Shown piece after piece: positions 8,231 through 15,226 of a stretch of 24,679 nucleotides of DNA (its first letter is position 1; every line of letters starts with the position of its first letter). A program made the translations under genes and the position numbers. This DNA is from a virus (Duplodnaviria > Caudoviricetes). The stretch lies in IMG/VR virus record IMGVR_UViG_3300032319_000532, positions 1-24,679 of that record. One strand, written 5' to 3'. A model generated the notes under the pieces. The model saw nothing but the letters and a program-made list of their open reading frames with translations. It had not been told where the DNA came from and did no database searches.

Positions 8231-8264
8231 TCCAGTATTAGAAAATAAAGAAAGGTGGTCTAAA

Positions 8265-8435
8265 ATGACTACACTAAATGAAACACTATTCAGCACAATC
8301 GTGCACGAATACCATAATGGCGGTGTCAAATCCTCTTATGGATTAGACGCTTACACTCGTAAAGAATTGCTAAAATTCTTATTCTCTAGCAAAGGTTGCT
8401 ATTGCATAAATTGTATCTCTAAGGAGTCTAAATAA
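8265..8435 (+). CDS. 56 aa hypothetical protein (CxCxxC)
   Basis: AAGGTGG RBS; TAATG coupling to next gene. Confidence 0.65.
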   Translation: MTTLNETLFSTIVHEYHNGGVKSSYGLDAYTRKELLKFLFSSKGCYCINCISKESK

Positions 8436-8674
8436 TGAGTCTCTCTCTTGCTAATAAATTGGCAGAAAATAAATTCTTTCTGCCCCCTTCAAAATATACT
8501 AACCACAAAGTCGTGGAAATAATTTCGCTAAATGACGAAACCAATACCGCTATGGTAAAACTTCAAAAATATGGAATTAGCAAAAGTGCTAATGCCGTAA
8601 AAGGTAATATAATAATCTTAGAATTACCTTATGCTGAATTCGAAAATCTAAATGGATGGGGTAAAAATAAATGA
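8435..8674 (+). CDS. Hypothetical protein
   Basis: AAGGAG RBS; 79 aa. Confidence 0.7.
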   Translation: MSLSLANKLAENKFFLPPSKYTNHKVVEIISLNDETNTAMVKLQKYGISKSANAVKGNIIILELPYAEFENLNGWGKNK

Positions 8675-8799
8675 ACCTTGATGAATATAAACAATATGTA
8701 GAGGCGCAACGCCTCTCATCTCTTGCAATAGCGTTAGACGCTCTCCGCAAATCAAATGCAATGATGGAAAAAAACGGTTACTTAGAGGAGAATAAATAA
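8671..8799 (+). CDS. 42 aa helical microprotein (MNLxEYK family), paralog A
   Basis: ATGA overlap; similar to 9568..9687. Confidence 0.65.
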   Translation: MNLDEYKQYVEAQRLSSLAIALDALRKSNAMMEKNGYLEENK

Positions 8800-9011
8800 T
8801 GACTATTAAAATTGGTGGGCTTGGTCAAGAGATTTCTTGCTATTGCCCAGTATGCTCAGAAAAAATGACTCATATGTGTATTGCTACTCTTGGCGGTATG
8901 CATAGAAAAGGCACAATCCGCTATGCGTGGCAATGCAATTCTTGCGAATTAGAATTAAAATCAGATGCAAATGGTTATGCTAAATTACTAAAAGAAATGG
9001 AAAATGTATAA
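8799..9011 (+). CDS. Zinc-ribbon-like protein
   Basis: GAGGAG RBS; CPVC...CNSC. Confidence 0.7.
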   Translation: MTIKIGGLGQEISCYCPVCSEKMTHMCIATLGGMHRKGTIRYAWQCNSCELELKSDANGYAKLLKEMENV

Positions 9012-9206
9012 ATGATGACTCGTAAAGACTATGTAAAAGTAGCAACAATCCTAAATGATATTGCTAAACCTAATATGGATATGATCCCGTTTGAGGATTT
9101 GGTAAATGAATTTGCAGATATGTTTTTTGCAGACAATCCAAATTTCTCTCCTAACCGATTTGAAATGGCTTGCTATGGTAACGATGAAATGGCGGATGTT
9201 AAATAA
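9012..9206 (+). CDS. Hypothetical phage protein (MMTRKDY family), paralog B
   Basis: MMTRKDYV...FEDLV..F..MF..DN..F...RF shared with 7047..7229. Confidence 0.8.
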   Translation: MMTRKDYVKVATILNDIAKPNMDMIPFEDLVNEFADMFFADNPNFSPNRFEMACYGNDEMADVK

Positions 9207-9346
9207 TGATTAACCTAACAAAAAAAGAAATTGGAACAATTATTTTTTCATTAGAGGAATATGCAAATATTCTTGAAATTCAAAACAGCATTGATGCAAG
9301 AAATAATATTTTTGAATTAATTTGGAAATTGGATGGTATAAAATAA
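9206..9346 (+). CDS. 46 aa hypothetical protein
   Basis: TAATG coupling; ends before terminator. Confidence 0.55.
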   Translation: MINLTKKEIGTIIFSLEEYANILEIQNSIDARNNIFELIWKLDGIK

Positions 9347-9349
9347 AAT

Positions 9350-9384
9350 AAAGATTTGCAGTTTGAAAAAGCTGCAAATTTTTT
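9350..9384 (+). terminator. Intrinsic terminator (repeated type)
   Basis: ATTTGCAG/CTGCAAAT stem plus T-run. Confidence 0.75.
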
Positions 9385-9514
9385 GATCGACGCACTCGGG
9401 CGTGTCGCCACGCTTACGTGCGATGTGATATTTATCACGGGGGATACGATGTGATATTTATCACACGGGTTGAGCGTCTCAAAATATGAAATTACTGGCT
9501 AGTAAGTAGCCAAA
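9370..9514 (+). repeat. Regulatory cassette copy
   Basis: 9370-9441 matches 10556-10627 at 70/72 nt; CRP boxes 9424 and 9450; TCTCA-N5-TGAAA; TTACTGGCTAGTAA. Confidence 0.85.
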
Positions 9515-9536
9515 TGTCAGTGGGTTTTGGTATACT
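9515..9536 (+). promoter_or_regulatory. PafBC/RecA-NDp-type promoter
   Basis: TGTCAG-N10-TATACT. Confidence 0.8.
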
Positions 9537-9567
9537 TGCCATATCAAGAAAGAAAGAAGGTCAAAGA

Positions 9568-9687
9568 ATGAACCTAGAGGAATATAAGGCGTATGTCCTA
9601 GCGACACGCAAAGAAAACGCATTGAAGGCTATGTCAGTGCTAAGTGCTACAATATCTACCAAGAAAGAAAAGGAAGGTGCTAACTAA
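9568..9687 (+). CDS. 39 aa microprotein (MNLxEYK family), paralog B
   Basis: AAGG RBS; MNLEEYKAYVLATRKENALKAMSVLSATISTKKEKEGAN. Confidence 0.65.
   Translation: MNLEEYKAYVLATRKENALKAMSVLSATISTKKEKEGAN
9632..9653 (+). promoter_or_regulatory. PafBC/RecA-NDp-type promoter (inside CDS)
   Basis: TGTCAG-N10-TACAAT. Confidence 0.75.
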
Positions 9688-9914
9688 TGGCAACTTATAA
9701 ATACAATATCCCTACACTACTAGAGGGAAAATACTATCGCTCACTCTCCCGTCATATTGACGGAATTATCCAATACGCAGAAAAGCGTGAAAATGTTTGG
9801 TATGGTCAAGGATTTGACGCATACCTTGTAAAAGTGCGCCCTACTTATAAAGGCGACGGAATATTCCGTAATGATTTTTACGCAACAGTTTGCGTTCAGA
9901 TGGAGGATAACTAA
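9687..9914 (+). CDS. Hypothetical protein
   Basis: 75 aa; RBS and TAATG coupling. Confidence 0.7.
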   Translation: MATYKYNIPTLLEGKYYRSLSRHIDGIIQYAEKRENVWYGQGFDAYLVKVRPTYKGDGIFRNDFYATVCVQMEDN

Positions 9915-10021
9915 TGAATATCTTTATCTGTTCTAATTGTGATACGCTTGCCACTGTGTCAGTGGCAGGTGATACAATACAAATAACAAAATGCTTATGT
10001 ATGTCAAGAAAGGACAACTAA
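9914..10021 (+). CDS. 35 aa Cys-rich microprotein
   Basis: GGAGG RBS; CSNC...CLC; coupled at both ends. Confidence 0.6.
   Translation: MNIFICSNCDTLATVSVAGDTIQITKCLCMSRKDN
9957..9978 (+). promoter_or_regulatory. PafBC/RecA-NDp-type promoter (inside CDS)
   Basis: TGTCAG-N10-TACAAT. Confidence 0.75.
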
Positions 10022-10206
10022 TGTCAAATATGAAAAATGCGTTAGAGCAAATCGTAAATTGCTCAGATTGCTATGGTCAAGGCGTAACTGGCTGGACTAG
10101 CCCTGATGGAGATTTTGATTTTGATTATTGCGATTGCAACCCATACAATATCCCCGCAGATGAGGTTGCGGAATATCATCAACTATTCGCAGGAAGCGAG
10201 GCTTAA
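10021..10206 (+). CDS. Small CxxCxGxG zinc-binding protein
   Basis: AAGGA RBS; CSDCYGQG...CDC. Confidence 0.7.
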   Translation: MSNMKNALEQIVNCSDCYGQGVTGWTSPDGDFDFDYCDCNPYNIPADEVAEYHQLFAGSEA

Positions 10207-10208
10207 CA

Positions 10209-10418
10209 ATGTATAAAATAACTGTAACCTATGACGAAAATCCCGCTCCTTATTTATCACTACAATACTCAGATGAATTGCAAGCACACAAAGAGTTTGC
10301 AAAGTTTGTTGATTGGGGATTTGCAGATAAATATTCTACTGTGAATCTTTACACGCCATCAGGCAAATGCTACACAAAAATATTTTATCGGGAAGGCAGA
10401 AGGGTTGTTGAAAAATAA
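10209..10418 (+). CDS. Hypothetical protein
   Basis: GAGG RBS; 69 aa. Confidence 0.7.
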   Translation: MYKITVTYDENPAPYLSLQYSDELQAHKEFAKFVDWGFADKYSTVNLYTPSGKCYTKIFYREGRRVVEK

Positions 10419-10422
10419 AATT

Positions 10423-10533
10423 ATGGAAAAAGTAAAACGCATTCAGGAGTTGCGTCGCAGTAATGCTGCGACTGCAATTCCGTCAAAGAAAAAATACACA
10501 CGCAAAAAAAAATATAAAAATAAATTTGAATAA
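10423..10533 (+). CDS. 36 aa highly basic peptide
   Basis: MEKVKRIQELRRSNAATAIPSKKKYTRKKKYKNKFE; ends before terminator. Confidence 0.6.
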   Translation: MEKVKRIQELRRSNAATAIPSKKKYTRKKKYKNKFE

Positions 10534-10535
10534 AT

Positions 10536-10570
10536 AAAAAAAGATTTGTGGCGCAAGCTGCAAATTTTTT
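10536..10570 (+). terminator. Intrinsic terminator (repeated type)
   Basis: ATTTGTGGC-gcaa-GCTGCAAAT plus T-run. Confidence 0.75.
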
Positions 10571-10673
10571 GATCGACGGGCTCGGGCGTGTCGCCACGCT
10601 TACGTGCGATGTGATATTTATCACGGGACTTTGTGTCTCATTATGAGAGACTTACGGCGTGTCGTGTTGATAA
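10556..10673 (+). repeat. Regulatory cassette copy
   Basis: Near-identical to 9370-9441; two GGCGTGTC; CRP box 10610. Confidence 0.85.
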
Positions 10674-10695
10674 TGTCAGTGCAACCTGATATACT
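10674..10695 (+). promoter_or_regulatory. PafBC/RecA-NDp-type promoter
   Basis: TGTCAG-N10-TATACT. Confidence 0.8.
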
Positions 10696-10723
10696 TCCAT
10701 TATTCCAAAAGAAAGGTAAACTA

Positions 10724-10909
10724 ATGAAAAAAGATAATTCTATTTCTATCTACGATGTATTCTCAGATGAGGATACTACTTGCTCAACTTGCATAGGCTT
10801 AGCCCTTGCTAACCCGTCTACCCTATGCGATACCCACTTTTTTGAGTGGGCGGAGGAAAAGGCTTATGGAGAACTAGAACGCTCCGAGGACTATTTCCAC
10901 CTAATCTAA
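10724..10909 (+). CDS. Small CxxC...CxxH protein
   Basis: AAGG RBS before ATG 10724. Confidence 0.65.
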   Translation: MKKDNSISIYDVFSDEDTTCSTCIGLALANPSTLCDTHFFEWAEEKAYGELERSEDYFHLI

Positions 10910-10910
10910 A

Positions 10911-10932
10911 TGTCAGTGCCCCCTGATATAAT
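10911..10932 (+). promoter_or_regulatory. PafBC/RecA-NDp-type promoter
   Basis: TGTCAG-N10-TATAAT. Confidence 0.8.
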
Positions 10933-10962
10933 ACTACTATCCCAACAACGAAAGGTTATCAA

Positions 10963-11247
10963 ATGATAGCAACTGCCCTGAAAATACAAAACGCTTCTGC
11001 GGAAGCCCTAATCTCAAATGAAGTTATGGAAGTCGCTCGTGAAGTCTCTATGGAATTATGCGATGGAGACTATTCTAAACTAAATCGTATTGCAGAACTT
11101 ATGTTCAAGTATTCTGCAACACTATCCGCTATGACCGCTACAACAGTGGCATATGCCTGCCTAGGTAATGATATGATGGATAAAATTGCAGATGAAATTC
11201 GAGAATTTGAAACACTAACCCAACAAATAGAAAAGGAAAATAACTAA
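10963..11247 (+). CDS. Hypothetical helical protein
   Basis: 94 aa; AAGG RBS. Confidence 0.75.
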   Translation: MIATALKIQNASAEALISNEVMEVAREVSMELCDGDYSKLNRIAELMFKYSATLSAMTATTVAYACLGNDMMDKIADEIREFETLTQQIEKENN

Positions 11248-11507
11248 TGAAAATGCACGACTTAGATACTAATGGATGGAATGCTTATCCGTTCGAGGTT
11301 GACGGAATAAAGTTTATTTCTAAAATCTCTCCAGACTCATCCTTCATGCCTAGAATCAAAATGCTACCTAGTGGCGTGTTTGAATCTATGAATCGCAGTG
11401 CAGTGCTTGACTTGATAGGTAAAGGCTTATCTCGTGAGGAAATTGCACAAGAACTATATCGTATAAACGCAGATGGCTCTCACGCCGTAATAGAATTGGA
11501 GATGTAA
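11247..11507 (+). CDS. Hypothetical protein
   Basis: 86 aa; AAGGA RBS. Confidence 0.7.
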   Translation: MKMHDLDTNGWNAYPFEVDGIKFISKISPDSSFMPRIKMLPSGVFESMNRSAVLDLIGKGLSREEIAQELYRINADGSHAVIELEM

Positions 11508-11510
11508 ATA

Positions 11511-11816
11511 ATGGGAAATGTATTTGCAACTGAATTATCAAATAGCGATATGGATATTCGCACTTCACTACGCATTCACTTAACGGGTAATCACTATCCA
11601 CCCGTCCCTGCATCCATGGTGGATGCATGTCTAGATACAATTGATGCATATCATGATGAAGACTATAACCGTCTAATCAAATTACCCGAAGGCGTATTTT
11701 GGCGTGGAGAAGATAGCGCTCCAGCAAATGCAATTGCAGAAGCGCACCACTTGGATAATTGGTTACCGCATGCACACTATTGCGACTGCGATGAATGCGT
11801 GTTTATTGATGAGTAA
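11511..11816 (+). CDS. Hypothetical phage protein
   Basis: 101 aa; GGAG RBS; HLTGNHYPPVP...HHLDNWL. Confidence 0.75.
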   Translation: MGNVFATELSNSDMDIRTSLRIHLTGNHYPPVPASMVDACLDTIDAYHDEDYNRLIKLPEGVFWRGEDSAPANAIAEAHHLDNWLPHAHYCDCDECVFIDE

Positions 11817-11949
11817 CGTTATGGAAATATTAGCGCAGTGGCATCCTGATGGAGACTTTACTGAAGAGGACCTATGGGATGCAATTGCAGAATCTGAAGG
11901 CGTTGACGTAAATGAAATCTCTGATCGTGACCTAACTGAATTTATCTAA
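11809..11949 (+). CDS. 46 aa acidic microprotein
   Basis: Overlaps upstream stop; MSNVMEILAQWHPDGDFTEEDLWDAIAESE. Confidence 0.6.
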   Translation: MSNVMEILAQWHPDGDFTEEDLWDAIAESEGVDVNEISDRDLTEFI

Positions 11950-12050
11950 GAGGGGCTAAATAAAAATGGGTAGCATTGCAGCGTACATATTGGTGTATGG
12001 GACCTTAGCTGCAGTGCTATCTTTTTTTTATTTTATTTTTAAAAATTAAT

Positions 12051-12208
12051 GGCGTGTCGCCTTGACATTCCCGAAAAAATGCGTCGACCCGCACTCGGGC
12101 GTGTCTGGGGATTACGTGTGGATAACCTTTACGTGTGATATTTCTCACACTGCGGGAGTGTGATAAATCTCACAAATGTTTATTCATCTTGGGATTCAAG
12201 TGGACAAA
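12051..12208 (+). repeat. Regulatory cassette copy
   Basis: Two GGCGTGTC, GTCGAC core, DnaA box TGTGGATAA (12117-12125), perfect CRP boxes 12134 and 12159. Confidence 0.8.
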
Positions 12209-12230
12209 TGTCAGTGCCTTATGTTATACT
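12209..12230 (+). promoter_or_regulatory. PafBC/RecA-NDp-type promoter
   Basis: TGTCAG-N10-TATACT. Confidence 0.8.
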
Positions 12231-12261
12231 CAATCTAACAAACAAAAGAAAGAAGGCTAAA

Positions 12262-13323
12262 ATGACAAATGTCATCGCACCACAATCCCCCGTTGGAAAT
12301 TCTGCACACAAGTCAGAAATTCAAGAAGGTTCTGCGACTCTTGCAGTAAATCTCCGCACAAATCCTGCTTGGCACTCGTTTGCTAATAAGGTATTCTCAC
12401 AAGATGAGGCTGTTACTACTGCCCAAATGTTGCAAGGTGCAAATCTTGCAAATTGGAATGTTCAATTAGAATCTGTTAGTGATTTGCTTGCAGATAACTA
12501 TACAACAGTTTCAGATAACTATCTCGTAGTTCGTGATAACCCACAAACTGCAGGACAAAAAGATGTTCTTTCTGTTGTAGGCTCACGCTATAAGACAGTT
12601 CAAAATGAAGATTTATTTGCGTTTGCAGATAATATCCACGATGGCAATCCTGATGTAGTTTGGGAATCTGCAGGTTCATTGAAAAATGGTCGTGTAGTTT
12701 ATGGCTCTATGGCTATTCCACGCTCTATGATTCTTGACCCACAAGGTGCAAATGATGAGACAAAACTTTATCTCATTGTTTGGACTTCACACGATGGTTC
12801 TGTTGCGGTGCAATCTGCAATCACTCCTGTTCGTGTTATGTGCCAAAACACTCTAAATCTTGCGATGAAGCGTGCTAAGCAATCATTCAAGATTCGCCAC
12901 ACTCAAACAGTAGATGGAAAAATTGCTGCTGCTCGTGAGGCTCTTGGTTTGACTTTCGCATACTTTGATGAGTTTGAGAAAGAAGCACAAGAATTGTTCG
13001 CTCTTGAGGTGAACAATAAAAAGTTCTCTGAAATCATCAACAAAATTTATCCTAAGCCTGAAATGGATAAAAAGGGTTCAATCAAAAAGTGGGAAAATAA
13101 AGTTGTCCTGCTTGATGAGTTGTATCATAACTCACCTACAAATGCCAATATCAAAGGCACTGCGTGGGGCGTTGTAAATGCACTCACCGAACGCCTTGAT
13201 TACTATCGCACTGCTCGCAAGGGTAGCGGTGAATCACTAATGGCAGGTGCTAGTGGGTTTGACCCAGTTGTAACTGCAGAAAAAAATAAAATCGTAAAGC
13301 AAGTTCTTGCACTAGCGAAATAA
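12262..13323 (+). CDS. DUF932-family phage/plasmid protein
   Basis: PAWH, VGSRYKTVQNEDLF, ESAGSLKNG, SHDGS, TPVRVMCQNTL, IRHT, GTAWGVVNALTE motifs; start moved to ATG 12262 (RBS, downstream of promoter). Confidence 0.88.
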   Translation: MTNVIAPQSPVGNSAHKSEIQEGSATLAVNLRTNPAWHSFANKVFSQDEAVTTAQMLQGANLANWNVQLESVSDLLADNYTTVSDNYLVVRDNPQTAGQKDVLSVVGSRYKTVQNEDLFAFADNIHDGNPDVVWESAGSLKNGRVVYGSMAIPRSMILDPQGANDETKLYLIVWTSHDGSVAVQSAITPVRVMCQNTLNLAMKRAKQSFKIRHTQTVDGKIAAAREALGLTFAYFDEFEKEAQELFALEVNNKKFSEIINKIYPKPEMDKKGSIKKWENKVVLLDELYHNSPTNANIKGTAWGVVNALTERLDYYRTARKGSGESLMAGASGFDPVVTAEKNKIVKQVLALAK

Positions 13324-13331
13324 AATTCGCA

Positions 13332-13359
13332 ACACCTGAGCAAGTGTATAAACTGCTCA
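13332..13359 (+). ncRNA. H-type pseudoknot motif copy 3
   Basis: ACAC-ctgagcaa-GTGT-ataaac-TGCTCA. Confidence 0.6.
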
Positions 13360-13366
13360 CCTTATT

Positions 13367-13440
13367 GGTCTGTTAGAATAGTTGGTTAGTTCGCCACCCT
13401 GTCACGGTGGAGGTCACGGGTTCAAGTCCCGTACAGATCG
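13367..13440 (+). tRNA. tRNA-Asp(GTC)
   Basis: Acceptor GGTCTGT/ACAGATC, anticodon stem CCACC/GGTGG with loop CTGTCAC, T arm ACGGG-TTCAAGT-CCCGT, discriminator G; no encoded CCA. Confidence 0.95.
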
Positions 13441-13449
13441 CAAAGCTTT

Positions 13450-13487
13450 GATTTATAAATATGCATTGCAATGTATAATTATACAGC
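13450..13487. promoter_or_regulatory. Tandem ARG boxes (ArgR-type)
   Basis: TTTAT-aaat-ATGCA and TGTAT-aatt-ATACA; two 18-mers 2 bp apart. Confidence 0.55.
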
Positions 13488-13489
13488 GC

Positions 13490-13584
13490 CGTCGACGGGC
13501 TCGGGCGTGTCGGGGATTACGTGATGAATCTCACATTACGGGAGCGTCTCAGATACTGGAATTACTGGCGGGTAGATAGATAAA
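13490..13584 (+). repeat. Regulatory cassette copy
   Basis: GTCGACGGGCTCGGGCGTGTCG, CRP box 13520, TCTCA-N5-TGGAA, TTACTGGCGGGTA. Confidence 0.8.
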
Positions 13585-13606
13585 TGTCAGTGCTATACGC
13601 TATAAT
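13585..13606 (+). promoter_or_regulatory. PafBC/RecA-NDp-type promoter
   Basis: TGTCAG-N10-TATAAT, ATG 7 nt downstream (leaderless). Confidence 0.8.
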
Positions 13607-13613
13607 TCTTGGT

Positions 13614-14285
13614 ATGACACAGAACTGGTTCAAATATGATTATGTATGCTCAATTTGTGATGCACTAATTGAAATTACTAATAAATCTAATGTATATAAA
13701 CCACATATGTGTTGTGGCATAGAGGCAAACTGGTTGTCAGTGGTCAATGCTACAATATACCCAACCGAAAAGAAAGAAGAAACCAATATGGAAACAACAA
13801 CACTTCGTGAACAAATTATTCAGGAAATGGAATTGCGTTATGGCAACGAAATTACTGAACTGAAAAATCAAATTGCTAATTCAACAATAAAATTAGACTT
13901 CGTTGAAAATGATGAAGTAACTACAAAATCATACAGCGAGTCAGATGTTCGTGCTTTGGTTTATCGTGATAAATCTTATCAAACAAAAATGAACGAATAC
14001 TATCGTAAAGAAAGCCAACTTCGCACACTACTTGAAAATGTTTATGCTGATTCTAACGAACAAGATACACTTACAGAAATTGCTGAAATCTTTGATGTTC
14101 CACTAACTAAGGAAATTGAAGTAACCGCTTATATCCGTGTTGATATGACTATTGAAATTGATATGGCAGAAGGCGACTATGATATTGAAGATATGGTTCG
14201 TAACCAACTAACTGTTGATTCATTTGGTTCAGAGATTAGCGTCAATGACTACAATGTAGACCGAGTAGAAGAAGGTGCTTACTAA
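13614..14285 (+). CDS. Hypothetical protein with N-terminal Cys motif and probable internal start at 13788
   Basis: Leaderless ATG 13614; CSIC...CCG; internal promoter 13735 and in-frame ATG 13788. Confidence 0.75.
   Translation: MTQNWFKYDYVCSICDALIEITNKSNVYKPHMCCGIEANWLSVVNATIYPTEKKEETNMETTTLREQIIQEMELRYGNEITELKNQIANSTIKLDFVENDEVTTKSYSESDVRALVYRDKSYQTKMNEYYRKESQLRTLLENVYADSNEQDTLTEIAEIFDVPLTKEIEVTAYIRVDMTIEIDMAEGDYDIEDMVRNQLTVDSFGSEISVNDYNVDRVEEGAY
13735..13756 (+). promoter_or_regulatory. PafBC/RecA-NDp-type promoter (inside CDS)
   Basis: TGTCAG-N10-TACAAT. Confidence 0.75.
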
Positions 14286-14512
14286 TGGCAGTTATTACCC
14301 TACAAGTCCCTTCCCGTGCCCAAATGGGCTACGGGTTGGGCAAGGCTATGCAGTTTGGCGTTGAATATGAAGTGCTAGATAATCTTCAGGTTGAACTAAC
14401 TTCAGCAGATGAACTAAAACTGGCTAAGATGATGGTAGCCTTTCAAGGCAAAATTGTAGATTCCGTGATCCAAAAAAATGTCCGTGTAGACCACCCAAGA
14501 CACGAGTCATAA
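14285..14512 (+). CDS. Hypothetical protein
   Basis: 75 aa; TAATG coupling. Confidence 0.7.
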   Translation: MAVITLQVPSRAQMGYGLGKAMQFGVEYEVLDNLQVELTSADELKLAKMMVAFQGKIVDSVIQKNVRVDHPRHES

Positions 14513-14534
14513 TGTCAGACCCCCCTGCTATAAT
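14513..14534 (+). promoter_or_regulatory. PafBC/RecA-NDp-type promoter
   Basis: TGTCAG-N10-TATAAT. Confidence 0.8.
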
Positions 14535-14540
14535 AGGGGG

Positions 14541-14600
14541 TAACGAAACAGGGGCAGTTTGCTAGAGTTCTAGCCCAATGTCGTAAGTAAGAACTAGCAC
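14541..14600 (+). ncRNA. Candidate small structured RNA
   Basis: Sits between two promoters with no ORF; AAAC/GTTT hairpin, TGCTAG..GTTCT/AGAAC-TAGCA stem, loop-loop GGGC/GCCC. Confidence 0.4.
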
Positions 14601-14609
14601 CTAAGTTTA

Positions 14610-14631
14610 TGTCAGACCCCTCTGATATAAT
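14610..14631 (+). promoter_or_regulatory. PafBC/RecA-NDp-type promoter
   Basis: TGTCAG-N10-TATAAT. Confidence 0.8.
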
Positions 14632-14664
14632 AATCCATAACAACCCAACTAACAAAGGAAAAAA

Positions 14665-15081
14665 ATGAGTAGAGCAATCACAGTAAAGGTGGCAACACCA
14701 AAGGTAATCAAGGCACTAGAAACTCGTCTAGCAACACTAGAAAAAGACTACGCCTCACAAGAAGCCAACGAAGCAAAGTATAACAAGGCGCACGAAGCGT
14801 GGAAAAAGCAAATTGGCGAGTGGGCTATTGCCAACTTCTCAAAGGCTGAAAACCTACGCACAAGTTATCGCTCTTGGAGTAATAATCTAAATGTAGATTT
14901 TGATATTACTGTAAAGGAAGGCAATTTCCCTACTGAGCCTGAGCGTGATTTTGAGCAAATTCATCAGCACACTTATCGTGAGATGAAAGAGGATATTACT
15001 AACGCCCTCACAATTCTCAAGATGACAGATGAGGAAACAGTAAATGCTTCTACTATGAAGCAAATCGCTAAGTATCTCTAA
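14665..15081 (+). CDS. Hypothetical phage protein (coiled-coil N-terminus)
   Basis: 138 aa; AAGGA RBS. Confidence 0.8.
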   Translation: MSRAITVKVATPKVIKALETRLATLEKDYASQEANEAKYNKAHEAWKKQIGEWAIANFSKAENLRTSYRSWSNNLNVDFDITVKEGNFPTEPERDFEQIHQHTYREMKEDITNALTILKMTDEETVNASTMKQIAKYL

Positions 15082-15087
15082 TAGGCT

Positions 15088-15117
15088 TGGGGGACTCTTT
15101 GGGGAGTCCCCCACTTT
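15088..15117 (+). terminator. GC-rich hairpin, probable terminator
   Basis: TGGGGGACTC/GAGTCCCCCA right after stop codon. Confidence 0.55.
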
Positions 15118-15157
15118 CCCACTTTACAAGAACTAGAAAATAGGATAGGATAGGCAA

Positions 15158-15226
15158 ATGACAAACTTCATAATTCTAGCCGTAATAGCAATCGCACTTC
15201 TAATCGCTTTTGGGGGGATAATCTAA
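15158..15226 (+). CDS. 22 aa transmembrane peptide
   Basis: MTNFIILAVIAIALLIAFGGII; abuts next start. Confidence 0.45.
   Translation: MTNFIILAVIAIALLIAFGGII

Noticed and set aside
11966-12049. 27 aa hydrophobic ORF
   Set aside because: Coincides with a TAGCA(T/C)TGCAGC inverted repeat and T-run that may simply be a terminator; cannot be resolved from sequence alone
12160-12261. N-terminal extensions of ORFs at 12160, 10604, 13584, 7442 and 2419
   Set aside because: They run through promoter or operator DNA; downstream ATGs have an RBS or leaderless geometry
7995-13511. CRISPR array
   Set aside because: Repeats are more than 1 kb apart and separated by genes; there is no regular repeat-spacer period and no cas gene in the window
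13382-13579. 65 aa ORF
   Set aside because: Overlaps tRNA-Asp and a regulatory cassette
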